Origin: Desulfurococcales archaeon
GTDB lineage: Archaea; Thermoproteota; Thermoprotei_A; Sulfolobales; Desulfurococcaceae
NCBI GenBank assembly: GCA_027022365.1
Contig: JALVYU010000026.1
Span: 160,001 to 224,000, forward strand
Direction: 5' to 3'
DNA length: 64,000 nt
In this document: in pieces, positions 9,266-19,337 of the stretch
Layout: the number at the start of each line of letters is the position of its first letter
How positions within the stretch are numbered: position 1 is the first letter of the stretch
Notes under the pieces: generated by a model
The model's input: the letters and a program-made list of their open reading frames with translations, nothing else
Database searches by the model: none
Told to the model about the DNA's origin: nothing
Made by a program: the position numbers and the translations under genes

Positions 9266-10837
9266 GTGAACCTAATGCTCGACTCTACGGGGCCAGGTTT
9301 GCTGGCGCCTTTGTCTGCTTTTTTGTTGATTGGCGGCGCGTTTTCAGTAATATTGCTTAAGGCTTTAAAAACTCCCAAGGTAGTGACCAGGATTTATTCT
9401 TATATTTTTGTTCTTGTTTCCCTAGCTTTTTCGCTTTGGCTTTACATCGAAACAAGCGGGGGCAATGTATTTGTATATACTGTTGGAGGCTTCCCTCCTC
9501 CTATCGGGATTGTTTACCAGGTTGACGGTTTCTCCGCCCTTCTTGGTTTGGTCATTGCGGTACTTTTTGCTGTCTTCTATCCCCTGATCGGCGTGTTATC
9601 TGATGCTAATGAGTATTTCTATGCATTGTTCTTGGGCCTGGAGGCTGGTATGCTTGGAGCGGTCTATACTGGTGACTTGTTTAATTCTTTCGTTATGCTT
9701 GAAGTACTCACGATCTCGGCTCTCGGCCTGATCGCTATGTCTAAAACCAGGGATTCCTATGTAGCGGTTTATCGCTATGGTATTCTAATGTTTATCACCG
9801 GCATCCTATACTTCTTCGCGGCTGCTTTGATGTATTTCGCGACAGGATCTTTATCTATAGGATATATTGCGGCATGGAACTATGCTCCCAGAATATTGGC
9901 TGGAAAATCAGTATATATCGGAGCAAGTATGGGTGCTGTTATAGGATTTATACTATTATTGCTAACATGGAGCCTGATAGCCGAGGAGGCCCTCGCCCCA
10001 TTGCACTTCTGGCTACCCGACGCATACAGCTCAGCACCCCCAGTTATTGCTGGTTTACTGGCTGGTGTAGGCGAGGCTGTAGGCTATTATCTCATGCTTA
10101 GATTCTACTACACAATATACGCAGGCGTGCCTTGGAGCATAGCCGTTCTCCTCAGGGTACTCGGCATAATAACCATAATCATAGGAGGGTTCGGCATCGT
10201 TTATTCTGACAGGCTACTCAAAATGATATCATATAGCGTTGTCTTGGATACAGGATATATCGCATTAGCAGTATCCATCGGTCCTCAGGGAGTGCCCGTT
10301 GTGTTATCCTATGTCATTGCACACGCTATTGTGAAGCCGCTCTTATTCATTTCCGCGGGATGGGCTAGGCAAGTTTCAGGCACAGATAAGCTTGACGGAT
10401 TATCAGGAGTGTTCAGATCGAGTAGGTTAATGCAAGTAGGATTCGTATCAGGGGCATTAGCAGTTATAGGTATTCCACCAACTATCTTGTTTGCCGCAAA
10501 ACTCGAACTATATATCAACATGTTCAACAGCCTATTGGGAGACCCGCTAATGATTATCGCAATAATAGCTGCTTTTATAGGTTCAGGCCTAGCCGCCGCC
10601 GGGTTTATCAAGGCGATATCGGCGACTATTCTATCGCCGAATAAACAGTCATTTAGCGTTAAGCCCGGTATAAAGGCATATGTACTACTGCTAACACTAG
10701 CCGTTTTCGCTTTCGGACTACTTTACCCAGCATTTCATAGCCAAGTGATAGTTCCAGCATCAAATACTCTAATCGAGCACAGAGACGCTTACATCAACGA
10801 AATATTAAAGCTCATACCACAATTAGCGGGTGGATGA
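9266..10837 (+). CDS. MrpD/NuoN-like antiporter subunit (MbhH/MbsH type)
   Basis: Polytopic membrane protein; GGFPPPIGIVYQVD, TGDLFN.FV.LE, PLHFWLPDAY. Confidence 0.9.
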   Translation: MNLMLDSTGPGLLAPLSAFLLIGGAFSVILLKALKTPKVVTRIYSYIFVLVSLAFSLWLYIETSGGNVFVYTVGGFPPPIGIVYQVDGFSALLGLVIAVLFAVFYPLIGVLSDANEYFYALFLGLEAGMLGAVYTGDLFNSFVMLEVLTISALGLIAMSKTRDSYVAVYRYGILMFITGILYFFAAALMYFATGSLSIGYIAAWNYAPRILAGKSVYIGASMGAVIGFILLLLTWSLIAEEALAPLHFWLPDAYSSAPPVIAGLLAGVGEAVGYYLMLRFYYTIYAGVPWSIAVLLRVLGIITIIIGGFGIVYSDRLLKMISYSVVLDTGYIALAVSIGPQGVPVVLSYVIAHAIVKPLLFISAGWARQVSGTDKLDGLSGVFRSSRLMQVGFVSGALAVIGIPPTILFAAKLELYINMFNSLLGDPLMIIAIIAAFIGSGLAAAGFIKAISATILSPNKQSFSVKPGIKAYVLLLTLAVFAFGLLYPAFHSQVIVPASNTLIEHRDAYINEILKLIPQLAGG

Positions 10838-11858
10838 CATGGGTATCCTAGAGAAGATATTCAAGTGGTCCTTCAGTAGGAGTTTGTGGATGATACACTA
10901 CTGCTCTGCATGCGGAGCCGTGGAATTCCCACCCTTAGTAATGTCCCCGGTGGACTGGGAGAGATACGGGTACATGCCCGCCCCCAGCCCGAGACAGAGT
11001 GACATCTATATTGGAATGGGGTACCTGACCAAGAAAACCGTGAAATTCTTCCTTAATATGTATAGGCAGATGCCAGAACCAAAGTTTGTAGCTGCTGGAT
11101 GCAATTGTACGGCTACAGGAGGATTATACTGGGATAGCTATGCAACATACAAGAGGCTTGATGACTTCGTCGAGGTAGAGGGATGGGTTCCTGGATGCAT
11201 GCCTATGCCTGACGACTACACTGCATTCATCGAGTACTTCAGAAGAAATCTAAAGGAGAGAGAGATCGAAAAATATGTTTCCAGAATAAAGCCCGAAGCG
11301 TTCAAGAAGATTATGGAGTGGGAAAAACTAGAGCGTGAATGGCTTAAGGAATACGAGGAAAAAATGAAGAAAGAATCTAATACACCTATTCAATACGATT
11401 TCGCCGAAACCTATCCCAAATGCTTTGAGAAGGATGAAGCCAAGGGAATATGCAAGACAAGTATCAGCTCGACTAAAGTTAGAAAGGCGCTTAAAGAATT
11501 AAAAGACAAGGGATACGTGTTATTTATCAATATTAATACCATTGATTGGCCCAAGAAAGGAGTGATTGAGATATTCTATATCGTCGAGAATCCTTCCAGC
11601 GGCGAACAAGTCTGGGTGAAAACATTTGTTCCAAGGGCTAATCCCGTGATCGATAGTGTACACGACATATATCCGATAGCCTATTACATCGAACGAGAAG
11701 TCTATGAGATGATGGGCGTAGTGTTCAGTGGGCACCCTAATCTGAAGAAATGGATACTTGAAGGAAACTGGGATGGCCCGCCACCGCTTAGGAAAGATGT
11801 AGATACTCCTAGTTTTGTCGTAAAAACGATGTATGGGGGCTACAGGTATGGGAGATAA
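10830..11858 (+). CDS. Fused NuoB/NuoC-like subunit (MbsJ+MbsK type)
   Basis: CSACGAVE, SPRQSD, VPGCMP followed by EREVYEMMGVVFSGHPNL, PPLRKD. Confidence 0.9.
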   Translation: MDDMGILEKIFKWSFSRSLWMIHYCSACGAVEFPPLVMSPVDWERYGYMPAPSPRQSDIYIGMGYLTKKTVKFFLNMYRQMPEPKFVAAGCNCTATGGLYWDSYATYKRLDDFVEVEGWVPGCMPMPDDYTAFIEYFRRNLKEREIEKYVSRIKPEAFKKIMEWEKLEREWLKEYEEKMKKESNTPIQYDFAETYPKCFEKDEAKGICKTSISSTKVRKALKELKDKGYVLFININTIDWPKKGVIEIFYIVENPSSGEQVWVKTFVPRANPVIDSVHDIYPIAYYIEREVYEMMGVVFSGHPNLKKWILEGNWDGPPPLRKDVDTPSFVVKTMYGGYRYGR

Positions 11859-12954
11859 GGGGAAGCTAGTACAGGTTTATTTCGGGCCGCAACATCCGGG
11901 AGCTCCCGGCAATATAGGTTACAAGCTGTGGCTAGACGGAGAAAGAATTGTTAGAGCGGAAGTTATACCTGGTTTTCTGCATCGTGGATTTGAGAAAATG
12001 ATGGAAAATCGAACGTGGGAAATGAGTATCACGCTCAGCTATAGGTTTTGTGTAGAAGATCCTGATCCCTTGGAAATAGCGTATGCCTTAGCAGTTGAGG
12101 ACTTATTTAGTGCAGAAATACCTGAAAACGCCAAGTATATTAGAATGATCCAGGCAGAGTTCTCCAGAATAGCCTCCCATATGTTCTGGATTCATTTCAT
12201 AGGTGGAAGCACAGGTCTCAGAACACCAGCATACTGGGCAGTAACTGCACGTGAGGAGATTTTAAAGTGGTTCGGATGGTATGCCGGGCATAGAGTATAC
12301 CACAATATAAGCGTTCCTGGAGGGGTAAGGTACACTCTTCCGGAGGGATTCATCGAAAGAACACTTAAAGTTCTAGACTTCGTTGAGAAAACAGTTAAGG
12401 ATGTAGAGAAAGCATTAATGCGGAACAGTATATTCAAGGCCAGAACCATTGGTATGGGTAAACTTTCCACCAAGGAAGCATTAGAACTAGGTGTAACCGG
12501 GCCCGTTCTAAGAGCTACTGGTATGCCGTATGACATAAGGAAGGCTAGGCCTTATCTAAATTATGATAAGGTAAACTTTGAAGTCCCGACAGGCTCTGCT
12601 GGAGATTCTTATGATAGATGTCGTGTAAGGTTTCAGGAGATATACCAGAGCATAAGGATCATCAGAGAAAGTTTGTCGAAACTCGACCCTAGCGAACCTT
12701 TCAGGATAAAGCTACCAATAGTTGCGCCTGCAGGTGAAGGGATCGCTAGGGTCGAGACAGCCAGGGGAGAATACTTAGTTCATATTGTTAGTACTCGTGG
12801 TAGACAACCGTATCGTGTGAGGCTTAGGAGCACATCAATGCCGTTACTCACAACTGTTGTTAACTATATCATAGAAAACGAGGAGATCACTATAGCTGAT
12901 TTCCCGGTATTACTTGCCTCGCTAGATCCATGTGCACCCGACTTAGACAGGTGA
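11848..12954 (+). CDS. NuoD-like catalytic subunit, MBS/MbxL type (no complete NiFe ligand set)
   Basis: FGPQHP, GFLHRGFEK; RFCVEDPD and DPCAPDLDR in place of the two CxxC motifs. Confidence 0.88.
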   Translation: MGDKGKLVQVYFGPQHPGAPGNIGYKLWLDGERIVRAEVIPGFLHRGFEKMMENRTWEMSITLSYRFCVEDPDPLEIAYALAVEDLFSAEIPENAKYIRMIQAEFSRIASHMFWIHFIGGSTGLRTPAYWAVTAREEILKWFGWYAGHRVYHNISVPGGVRYTLPEGFIERTLKVLDFVEKTVKDVEKALMRNSIFKARTIGMGKLSTKEALELGVTGPVLRATGMPYDIRKARPYLNYDKVNFEVPTGSAGDSYDRCRVRFQEIYQSIRIIRESLSKLDPSEPFRIKLPIVAPAGEGIARVETARGEYLVHIVSTRGRQPYRVRLRSTSMPLLTTVVNYIIENEEITIADFPVLLASLDPCAPDLDR

Positions 12955-12960
12955 TCTATT

Positions 12961-13458
12961 ATGGTGCTTTCAACTATAAAGAACGCAATAAAATACATGG
13001 TTAAAAAACCGTACACAAGGCAAGTGCCCCGGAAAGACGACAAGTACAGGAGCGAGAACCTGAGAGGGGCACATATCTTATACATGGATAGGTGTACTGG
13101 TTGTTCAATGTGTCAGCGGGTATGCCCGGCAGCATGTATTGATATGGTGGTCGTCGAGGGTGATTGGCCCCGTAACCATAGGAAAAGGTTTCCAAGGATA
13201 GATCATAGCAAGTGTACTTTCTGCGCGCTATGTGTCGAATACTGCCCGTTCAATGCCTTGTCAATGACTGATGCGACGGGGTTTGAATTGTTTACTACAG
13301 ATAAATCGAGGACGCTTAAGATGCCACAGGACCTAAAACCGATCGGGAAAGAAACGCTGACCAAACAGAAGCTATTAAGCAGTTACGCGCCCTCCTATGC
13401 TCTCAAGAAGTTCGTGGAGACACTGGAGGGATCTAGGAAGGTGAGCCCAAATGGTTAG
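12961..13458 (+). CDS. NuoI-like 2x[4Fe-4S] subunit
   Basis: RGAHILYMDRCTGCSMCQRVCP and CTFCALCVEYCP. Confidence 0.92.
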   Translation: MVLSTIKNAIKYMVKKPYTRQVPRKDDKYRSENLRGAHILYMDRCTGCSMCQRVCPAACIDMVVVEGDWPRNHRKRFPRIDHSKCTFCALCVEYCPFNALSMTDATGFELFTTDKSRTLKMPQDLKPIGKETLTKQKLLSSYAPSYALKKFVETLEGSRKVSPNG

Positions 13459-13732
13459 CTATAGTGTTCTCGAAGGAGTTTTACCACTACTTTTCGGCTT
13501 GTTTACGCTAGCTATGATTATCTATTCTTTAAGAGTATTTACATCAAAGTCTGTATCGGATATGGTTTTAGCTGTTGATGCTCTAACAATTGATTTAATC
13601 ATAATATTTGTTCTCATAGGATTGTATTATAAGTCTCCGTACCTACTCATAGGCGTGATACCTCTTGCCGCATGGATTCTAATACTAGACATAGTTGTGT
13701 CTAGGTATCTTTCTAAGGGTGATAGGAAATGA
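13451..13732 (+). CDS. MrpF-like subunit
   Basis: Three TM helices, DMVLAVD motif, operon context. Confidence 0.8.
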   Translation: MVSYSVLEGVLPLLFGLFTLAMIIYSLRVFTSKSVSDMVLAVDALTIDLIIIFVLIGLYYKSPYLLIGVIPLAAWILILDIVVSRYLSKGDRK

Positions 13733-14106
13733 TTGACTGGATATTGTTTTATATAGGCTTAGCGCTCACACTGTTAGGTGGCGTAATGGATTTAATAGCC
13801 TCCATAGGATTCTTCAGGTTCAAGGATTTCTATATGAGGCTTCATGCAGCAACTATAGGAGCCATCGGCGGAGGATTTTATCCTTTGATAGGCTTAGCGT
13901 TAATAGCCCTCTCACTAGATCTTGACATCTACATTAAAGCTTACATTTCGGGCGTATGCGTTATAGCTGCGGCCCTGATAGCTTTAACTGCCCCGGCGGG
14001 CTCCCATATACTTGCGAGAGCAACTCATAGAAGCGGGGAGGTCGTGCCGAAGGTAGTTGTTGATAGAATTAAAGAAGACATGGATAAAGGTGATGGTGAG
14101 CAATGA
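13729..14106 (+). CDS. MrpG-like subunit
   Basis: RFKDFYMRLHAAT, TAPAGSHILARA. Confidence 0.9.
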   Translation: MIDWILFYIGLALTLLGGVMDLIASIGFFRFKDFYMRLHAATIGAIGGGFYPLIGLALIALSLDLDIYIKAYISGVCVIAAALIALTAPAGSHILARATHRSGEVVPKVVVDRIKEDMDKGDGEQ

Positions 14107-14351
14107 TCACACTTATAATGGGAGCTATAGCTGTAACACTAGCACTTGTTTCAGCGATACTTATTGTTAATGAAAAAGATGTTTTAAAGGCGATAGTCCT
14201 AGCCGGTGTGGAGTCGGTGTTCTTTGCTATTGCTCTAGCGATATTTCTAGCACCGGATCTACTGATAGCCTATATTGCAATAGGCCTTGGTTTGAACAGT
14301 TTACTGTTTATATATGCGCTGAAGAGGGGTGAAAGATATGAGGAGGAGTAA
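14103..14351 (+). CDS. MbhD/DUF4040-like subunit
   Basis: EKDVLKAIV, APDLLIAY.AIG.G. Confidence 0.8.
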   Translation: MITLIMGAIAVTLALVSAILIVNEKDVLKAIVLAGVESVFFAIALAIFLAPDLLIAYIAIGLGLNSLLFIYALKRGERYEEE

Positions 14352-15150
14352 GTCCTTCCTGGCGATCTGCCTAATAACGGCGATCTCGATTGTTCTCATA
14401 TTAGCATTTCTGTTAAATATATCTGGGCTTACAACATACGGGGTCAACGAATTAACGGGGCTAGCCAAACTATTCGTTCTAAACATCCCCGATCCTACTA
14501 AGCCCTGGTCATCGCACGCATTTGAAATAGTTACAGCTATTTTGTGGGATCAAAGAGGCCTCGACACGTACTTTGAGACAAGCGTATTATTTCTTGCGAT
14601 AGTTGCATCTGTTGCCTTACTGTCTTACTATGGAAGAAGACACGTACATGAAGGTACTGGCGACGGATACACTACTATGATTGTAAAAGTCGTAACAAAA
14701 CTTGTTGTACCAATAATCGCTGTTGTAAGCGCCTCTATAGCTATTCATGGTCATCTGACCCCTGGAGGAGGTTTTCAGGGCGGTAGCGTTTTCGTTGTTG
14801 CACCAGTTTTGATGCTCCTGGCCTACGGGAGCAGATTTTTATCGTCTAGAGGCTTCAATGAGCTAAGGCTATTAGCCATCAGAGCTTTAAGCGTGACCCT
14901 GATATTTGTTGTGGGCTTACTACCTGTTCTGTATCTCCTAACACATGGTACAGCGTATCTGTTCCAGAACACGTATAAGCCGGACTCAGCTTTTACGTAC
15001 CCGTACCTTATACCGACACCTATAGGAATGATACTGACTGCAGGCTCGATAATGATATACAATATACTCGAGTTCTTTGCTGTAGCCGCAGGCTTTACCC
15101 TAGCCATACTATTATTGACGAGGGAGTTCGAAAGAGGTGATAAGAAGTGA
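14329..15150 (+). CDS. MrpB-like subunit (MbhE+F fused)
   Basis: VTAILWDQRGLDTYFE and HGHLTPGGGFQGG. Confidence 0.9.
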   Translation: MKDMRRSKSFLAICLITAISIVLILAFLLNISGLTTYGVNELTGLAKLFVLNIPDPTKPWSSHAFEIVTAILWDQRGLDTYFETSVLFLAIVASVALLSYYGRRHVHEGTGDGYTTMIVKVVTKLVVPIIAVVSASIAIHGHLTPGGGFQGGSVFVVAPVLMLLAYGSRFLSSRGFNELRLLAIRALSVTLIFVVGLLPVLYLLTHGTAYLFQNTYKPDSAFTYPYLIPTPIGMILTAGSIMIYNILEFFAVAAGFTLAILLLTREFERGDKK

Positions 15151-15557
15151 TGTCACTGGATGGTTTTCTTTGGTACTATATAGTTGTCGCGATATTGTTC
15201 ACGATTACTTGTGCGCTCTACGGCATAGCTACGAAACCACATATTATTAAGAAGCTCGTCCTACTAACCATAGTCTCTGATGCTGTCTACGTGTTGCTTG
15301 TTCTTATGGGTTACAGGATAGGGGCAACGAATCCACCAGTTGTTCCCGGCGGAGTACTCGAAAACCCGGTTTTTCCGTCCCATAAAACAATCGTGGAGTT
15401 TATGCATAAAGTAGTTGATCCTGTTCCTCAAGTACTGATCGTAACAGCTATAGTTATAGGACTCGCACAATTCGTTTTCCTCGTAACTATATCGATGCAC
15501 TTGGTGAAATCAACTGGCTCATTCGATATTAGGAGGATCGAAGGTGAAAAAGAATGA
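15147..15557 (+). CDS. MrpC-like subunit
   Basis: DPVPQVLIVTAIVIGLA. Confidence 0.9.
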   Translation: MMSLDGFLWYYIVVAILFTITCALYGIATKPHIIKKLVLLTIVSDAVYVLLVLMGYRIGATNPPVVPGGVLENPVFPSHKTIVEFMHKVVDPVPQVLIVTAIVIGLAQFVFLVTISMHLVKSTGSFDIRRIEGEKE

Positions 15558-16057
15558 GAAAAGCCGTATCGATCATAATATATGGCTTGCTAATGGCTAT
15601 TGTATATCTAGTATATACTGGAGTGTTTTCTCTAGTAGAGATCATACTATCAATAGCAATAGGATTAATTGTTGCATATATATTTGCGGGAGACATTATA
15701 ACTTATCCTTCAAAGTTCTCGCTATCAAGGATCTACCACGCTATAGCATATCTAATTAAGTACTTCACTGTCATAGAAGCCAGGGCTCACTGGAGCGTTA
15801 TGAAAATCATCCTGTCAAGAAATACGAGCCTCAAACCAGCAATTGTAAGGGTACCATTCAAAGCTAATAATCCTTACACTATAGTATTCGTCGCCAACAG
15901 CATCACTAATACCCCTGGAACAGTTGTCGTAGATATGGATGAGAATAAAAAAGCATACTATGTTCACTGGCTCACGCCGACCAGTCTAACTGATGATGAC
16001 GCATATAGGAATATTTCACTGGAATTCGAGAAGCACCTTACAAAGGTTTTCGAGTAG
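15554..16057 (+). CDS. MrpE-like subunit
   Basis: KPAIVRVP, ANSITNTPGTVVVD, YYVHWL. Confidence 0.9.
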   Translation: MRKAVSIIIYGLLMAIVYLVYTGVFSLVEIILSIAIGLIVAYIFAGDIITYPSKFSLSRIYHAIAYLIKYFTVIEARAHWSVMKIILSRNTSLKPAIVRVPFKANNPYTIVFVANSITNTPGTVVVDMDENKKAYYVHWLTPTSLTDDDAYRNISLEFEKHLTKVFE

Positions 16058-16066
16058 GTGGTATAA

Positions 16067-16411
16067 ATGATGAGCGTGTTCGGGTTCCTGAGCACTATAA
16101 TAGGTTTGACTGTGCTGATAGGCTTCATTATTTATATTGTCTTCTACGAGTTTTTCCAGAGGCTAATTGCGGTTAAAATACCTGCTTTGAGAGACGATGT
16201 TTCAGAAAAACCCGTCATGTGCGGCTTCGTTGTCGATGAAATAGATAGTCCGCCGGTTACGAAAATAGTTAAGGAGATCTTATATAGGGCTTGGAGGCAG
16301 GGAGCAAAGTTTGTAGAAAGGAGCGTGTCATCATATCTGAGTGACTGGTATTTTGTCTCAATAGTCTTGTTGCTCATACTGGTATTGTTATCATTCATTA
16401 TGGGGTGGTAG
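16067..16411 (+). CDS. Small two-TM subunit, MbhI-like
   Basis: N- and C-terminal TM helices, KPVMCG, LSDWY; sits directly before the NuoH homolog. Confidence 0.6.
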   Translation: MMSVFGFLSTIIGLTVLIGFIIYIVFYEFFQRLIAVKIPALRDDVSEKPVMCGFVVDEIDSPPVTKIVKEILYRAWRQGAKFVERSVSSYLSDWYFVSIVLLLILVLLSFIMGW

Positions 16412-17394
16412 GAATGACTGGGCAGGCAGTTACATTGTTTATTGAAGCCCTGCTTTATCCCGGCTTACTATTCACAATATTCCTCATTATATTCACACAG
16501 TGGCTTGCAAGAAAGCTTGTTGCGAGAATACAGTTTAGGCGCGGACCCATATATGCTGGTCCGGCAGGCTTTCTCCAGCCAATGGCCGATCTATTGAAGC
16601 TCGTGATGAAGAAGGACTTGATAAACAAGTACAGTATGAAGATCAGTCCTTTAATAGCGGTTGCTATCGGGATAGGTGCATTAATATCAATAACTGTAGC
16701 AACTCCAATAGCGTTTCAGCCCATATATGGAGATTACGACTTTATAGTAATACTTTATCTATTATTGATGGTTCCATTTACGCTAGCGTACTTAGCTGTC
16801 GCCCATCCAAACCCCTACACGGCTATTGGTGCCGGTAGGTTTATAGCGCAGTTGTTTTCAAGCGAGCCGGCATTCGCACTATCTCTTCTCGTACCAGTAA
16901 TAATCGCATCAAAAGAGTTCAGTGCTTCCTATTCTCTATACATGACAAGCATATATTCTGCTTACTTATGGGGTATAAGCTTCTCGAAAACACTAGCTAT
17001 GATACTCGCGGCTATTGCGGGGTTTCTCGGATTACTTGCCGTGCTGATGGTAAAGCCCTTCGATACGCCCGAAGCAGAATCAGAGCTTTATTGGGGCATA
17101 TTTACTGAGCTCGGTGGTCCTAGGCTTGCACTGGCCTTTTTCCTAAAATTTGCGGAGAAGATAGTTTATCCGTTGATCTACTCGCTTTTATTCTTGGGTG
17201 GAATATGGCCAGCGTCTCCTGACAACTGGTTGGCAGGTACAGTTGCTGTGTTATTTAAGACAATCATAGTGTTCATTGCGATAACAGTAATTGATGCTTC
17301 TCTACCTAGGTATAGGCCTGACCAAGCTGTCAAGTTTATGTGGAAATACCTATATCCCATCTCTATAATTGCAATACTACTATCGATTATTTAG
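16405..17394 (+). CDS. NuoH-like membrane subunit
   Basis: RKLVARIQFRRGP, LQPMADLLKL, PFDTPEAESEL, PRYRPDQ. Confidence 0.92.
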   Translation: MVGMTGQAVTLFIEALLYPGLLFTIFLIIFTQWLARKLVARIQFRRGPIYAGPAGFLQPMADLLKLVMKKDLINKYSMKISPLIAVAIGIGALISITVATPIAFQPIYGDYDFIVILYLLLMVPFTLAYLAVAHPNPYTAIGAGRFIAQLFSSEPAFALSLLVPVIIASKEFSASYSLYMTSIYSAYLWGISFSKTLAMILAAIAGFLGLLAVLMVKPFDTPEAESELYWGIFTELGGPRLALAFFLKFAEKIVYPLIYSLLFLGGIWPASPDNWLAGTVAVLFKTIIVFIAITVIDASLPRYRPDQAVKFMWKYLYPISIIAILLSII

Positions 17395-17867
17395 GAAGAA
17401 TCTTTTCATCAGTAAATTCGGCCTGTACCTAGTATCGACATAGTTAGTTATAGCCATGACGGCTACATGGCATGCTCTGCAATGATAACGTAATCCAGGC
17501 TACGGAAAGCACGGAAAACTGGGGTTTATAATAGAATAGTATGTTTTTGTCAACACATTGTTTCTGAAATTCATCGAATGTATATCAACAGGACTTTTTT
17601 AGGGAAAACCATATAAGCTATGCAATTTATCCAGACGATTTTATCTATACACCAAGAAGGATATACAAGAACGTTGTTAAAGTTTTTATGATAATGTTTG
17701 CGACAATGTTCTAAGCTTATATTTATCCGGGTCTAGGACGTATGCTGACAAGCACCGATAATATCCTCGAATACACTATACCTATGCTTGTTTTTCCTTA
17801 AAAACACTGGAGAGGGCAGAGGAGACGAAAGATAGCAGAAAAGATTAACAACTGAAGGGAATAAGAG

Positions 17868-19073
17868 TTGATACAGCGAAAACTAGCGGCAATGTTATTC
17901 ATAGTCACGGCCTACACTGGTACAGTTGCTTTTAGGTTGAGTATGCCAGCCATAGCTTTTTATGCAAAAAACGTTCTCGAAGCATCAATGTTAGGTATAG
18001 GTCTTCTTACTTCATCCTTCTTTATTGCCCGCGGAATCACGGCAATAATTGCGGGTGGTCTAACGGATAAGCTCGGATCAAAGGTGCTGGTTGCATCGGC
18101 AGCGGGTTTCCTATTGAATGCTCTCGTGGTACAGCTTTACCCCGCTGTACCCAACATATACTGGTTGCTCCTTCTGAGATTTGTACAAGGAGTACTAAAC
18201 GGCTTTGCATGGGTGCCTATACAGGCTCTCCTCGGATTTATAACTAGTAAGAACATACGTGGAAGAATATACTCGATCTACTTTATACTTGGAGCGCTTG
18301 GAGCCCTATCAGGTAATCTCTTATATTCGGTGCTCTCATCAGCGCCGCTAACACGTATACTTATGATCTCATCAATATTCTTCATTATCTCGGGCATCGA
18401 GATAGTACTCGCTAAATCAATGATCGGCGAGAACGTATCGATAGACGGTAGATTCGAGAAGCGCGGCGAGCCAAGCGCAAGACATGCTGTCCAAACAACC
18501 ATCCTGACAATCGTGCCGTTGATACTTGTTGTGCTTTCAAGCAGTATGTTCAGCTCGATACTGAAGGGTGATCTTATATATGTTTACCTCAACGTATACC
18601 TAGGACTATCCAGATCTGCTGCTTCCCTCATAATCGGGTTTGCAGGAGTGATCGTTCTCCCCGTGAACTATATGATCAGTTGGATAGCTGATAAGAAAAG
18701 CAGCAAAATAGCGCTAGAAATAGCATTGACTATGGGCATTCTAGGGGGATTGTTACTATCAACTAGAAATCCCCTACTAGCAGTACCCGGGCTCATCCTT
18801 GCAATGATAGGTGGATCAAGTATTGTACCTGTAACAAGGAAACTAGCCGTTTCGATTAGATCTTATGGTGGAACGAGTATCGGCCTAATAAATACTTCTG
18901 GAAACATCGGCAGCATGGCCGGATCAGCTATCGCAGGCTTATTATTTGATCGTCTAGGCAACATCTATCTCGCCGGAGAACTAGTATTACCTATGATACT
19001 AATGATTCTGCCCCTAGTTATCGCGATTGCCCTTGTCACATTAGCGTTAAAGGAGAATTTCTCTGAGAACTAA
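17868..19073 (+). CDS. MFS transporter
   Basis: About 12 TM helices, GGLTDKLG motif A, LRFVQG. Confidence 0.85.
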   Translation: MIQRKLAAMLFIVTAYTGTVAFRLSMPAIAFYAKNVLEASMLGIGLLTSSFFIARGITAIIAGGLTDKLGSKVLVASAAGFLLNALVVQLYPAVPNIYWLLLLRFVQGVLNGFAWVPIQALLGFITSKNIRGRIYSIYFILGALGALSGNLLYSVLSSAPLTRILMISSIFFIISGIEIVLAKSMIGENVSIDGRFEKRGEPSARHAVQTTILTIVPLILVVLSSSMFSSILKGDLIYVYLNVYLGLSRSAASLIIGFAGVIVLPVNYMISWIADKKSSKIALEIALTMGILGGLLLSTRNPLLAVPGLILAMIGGSSIVPVTRKLAVSIRSYGGTSIGLINTSGNIGSMAGSAIAGLLFDRLGNIYLAGELVLPMILMILPLVIAIALVTLALKENFSEN

Positions 19074-19337
19074 CCATAATTTTTCTCGTCTTACTGAGGA
19101 GCAGGCCTTACTGTTCGGTAAACGTAATATTTTCCTTCTCTAGTCAAATGCATCCCGAATCCCTATATCCTCTAATAAAAAGAAGTGAATCAATTATGGT
19201 TCGCTAGCTACTTCTATGATCTCATAATGTTGCGGTCATGCAATAAACATGCATTCTCACACAAACTAAGGTGGTGCTAGCATATTTTATCTTATTGAGC
19301 ATAATATAGGTACATGATAGAGATCAAGGTGTTATGA

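Noticed and set aside
11848-12954. Group 4 NiFe hydrogenase large subunit
   Set aside because: Both CxxC nickel-binding motifs lack their second Cys.
15540-15558. GAAGGTGAAAAAGAATGAG also present at 50401-50419
   Set aside because: Explained by RBS plus overlapping start/stop in translationally coupled genes.
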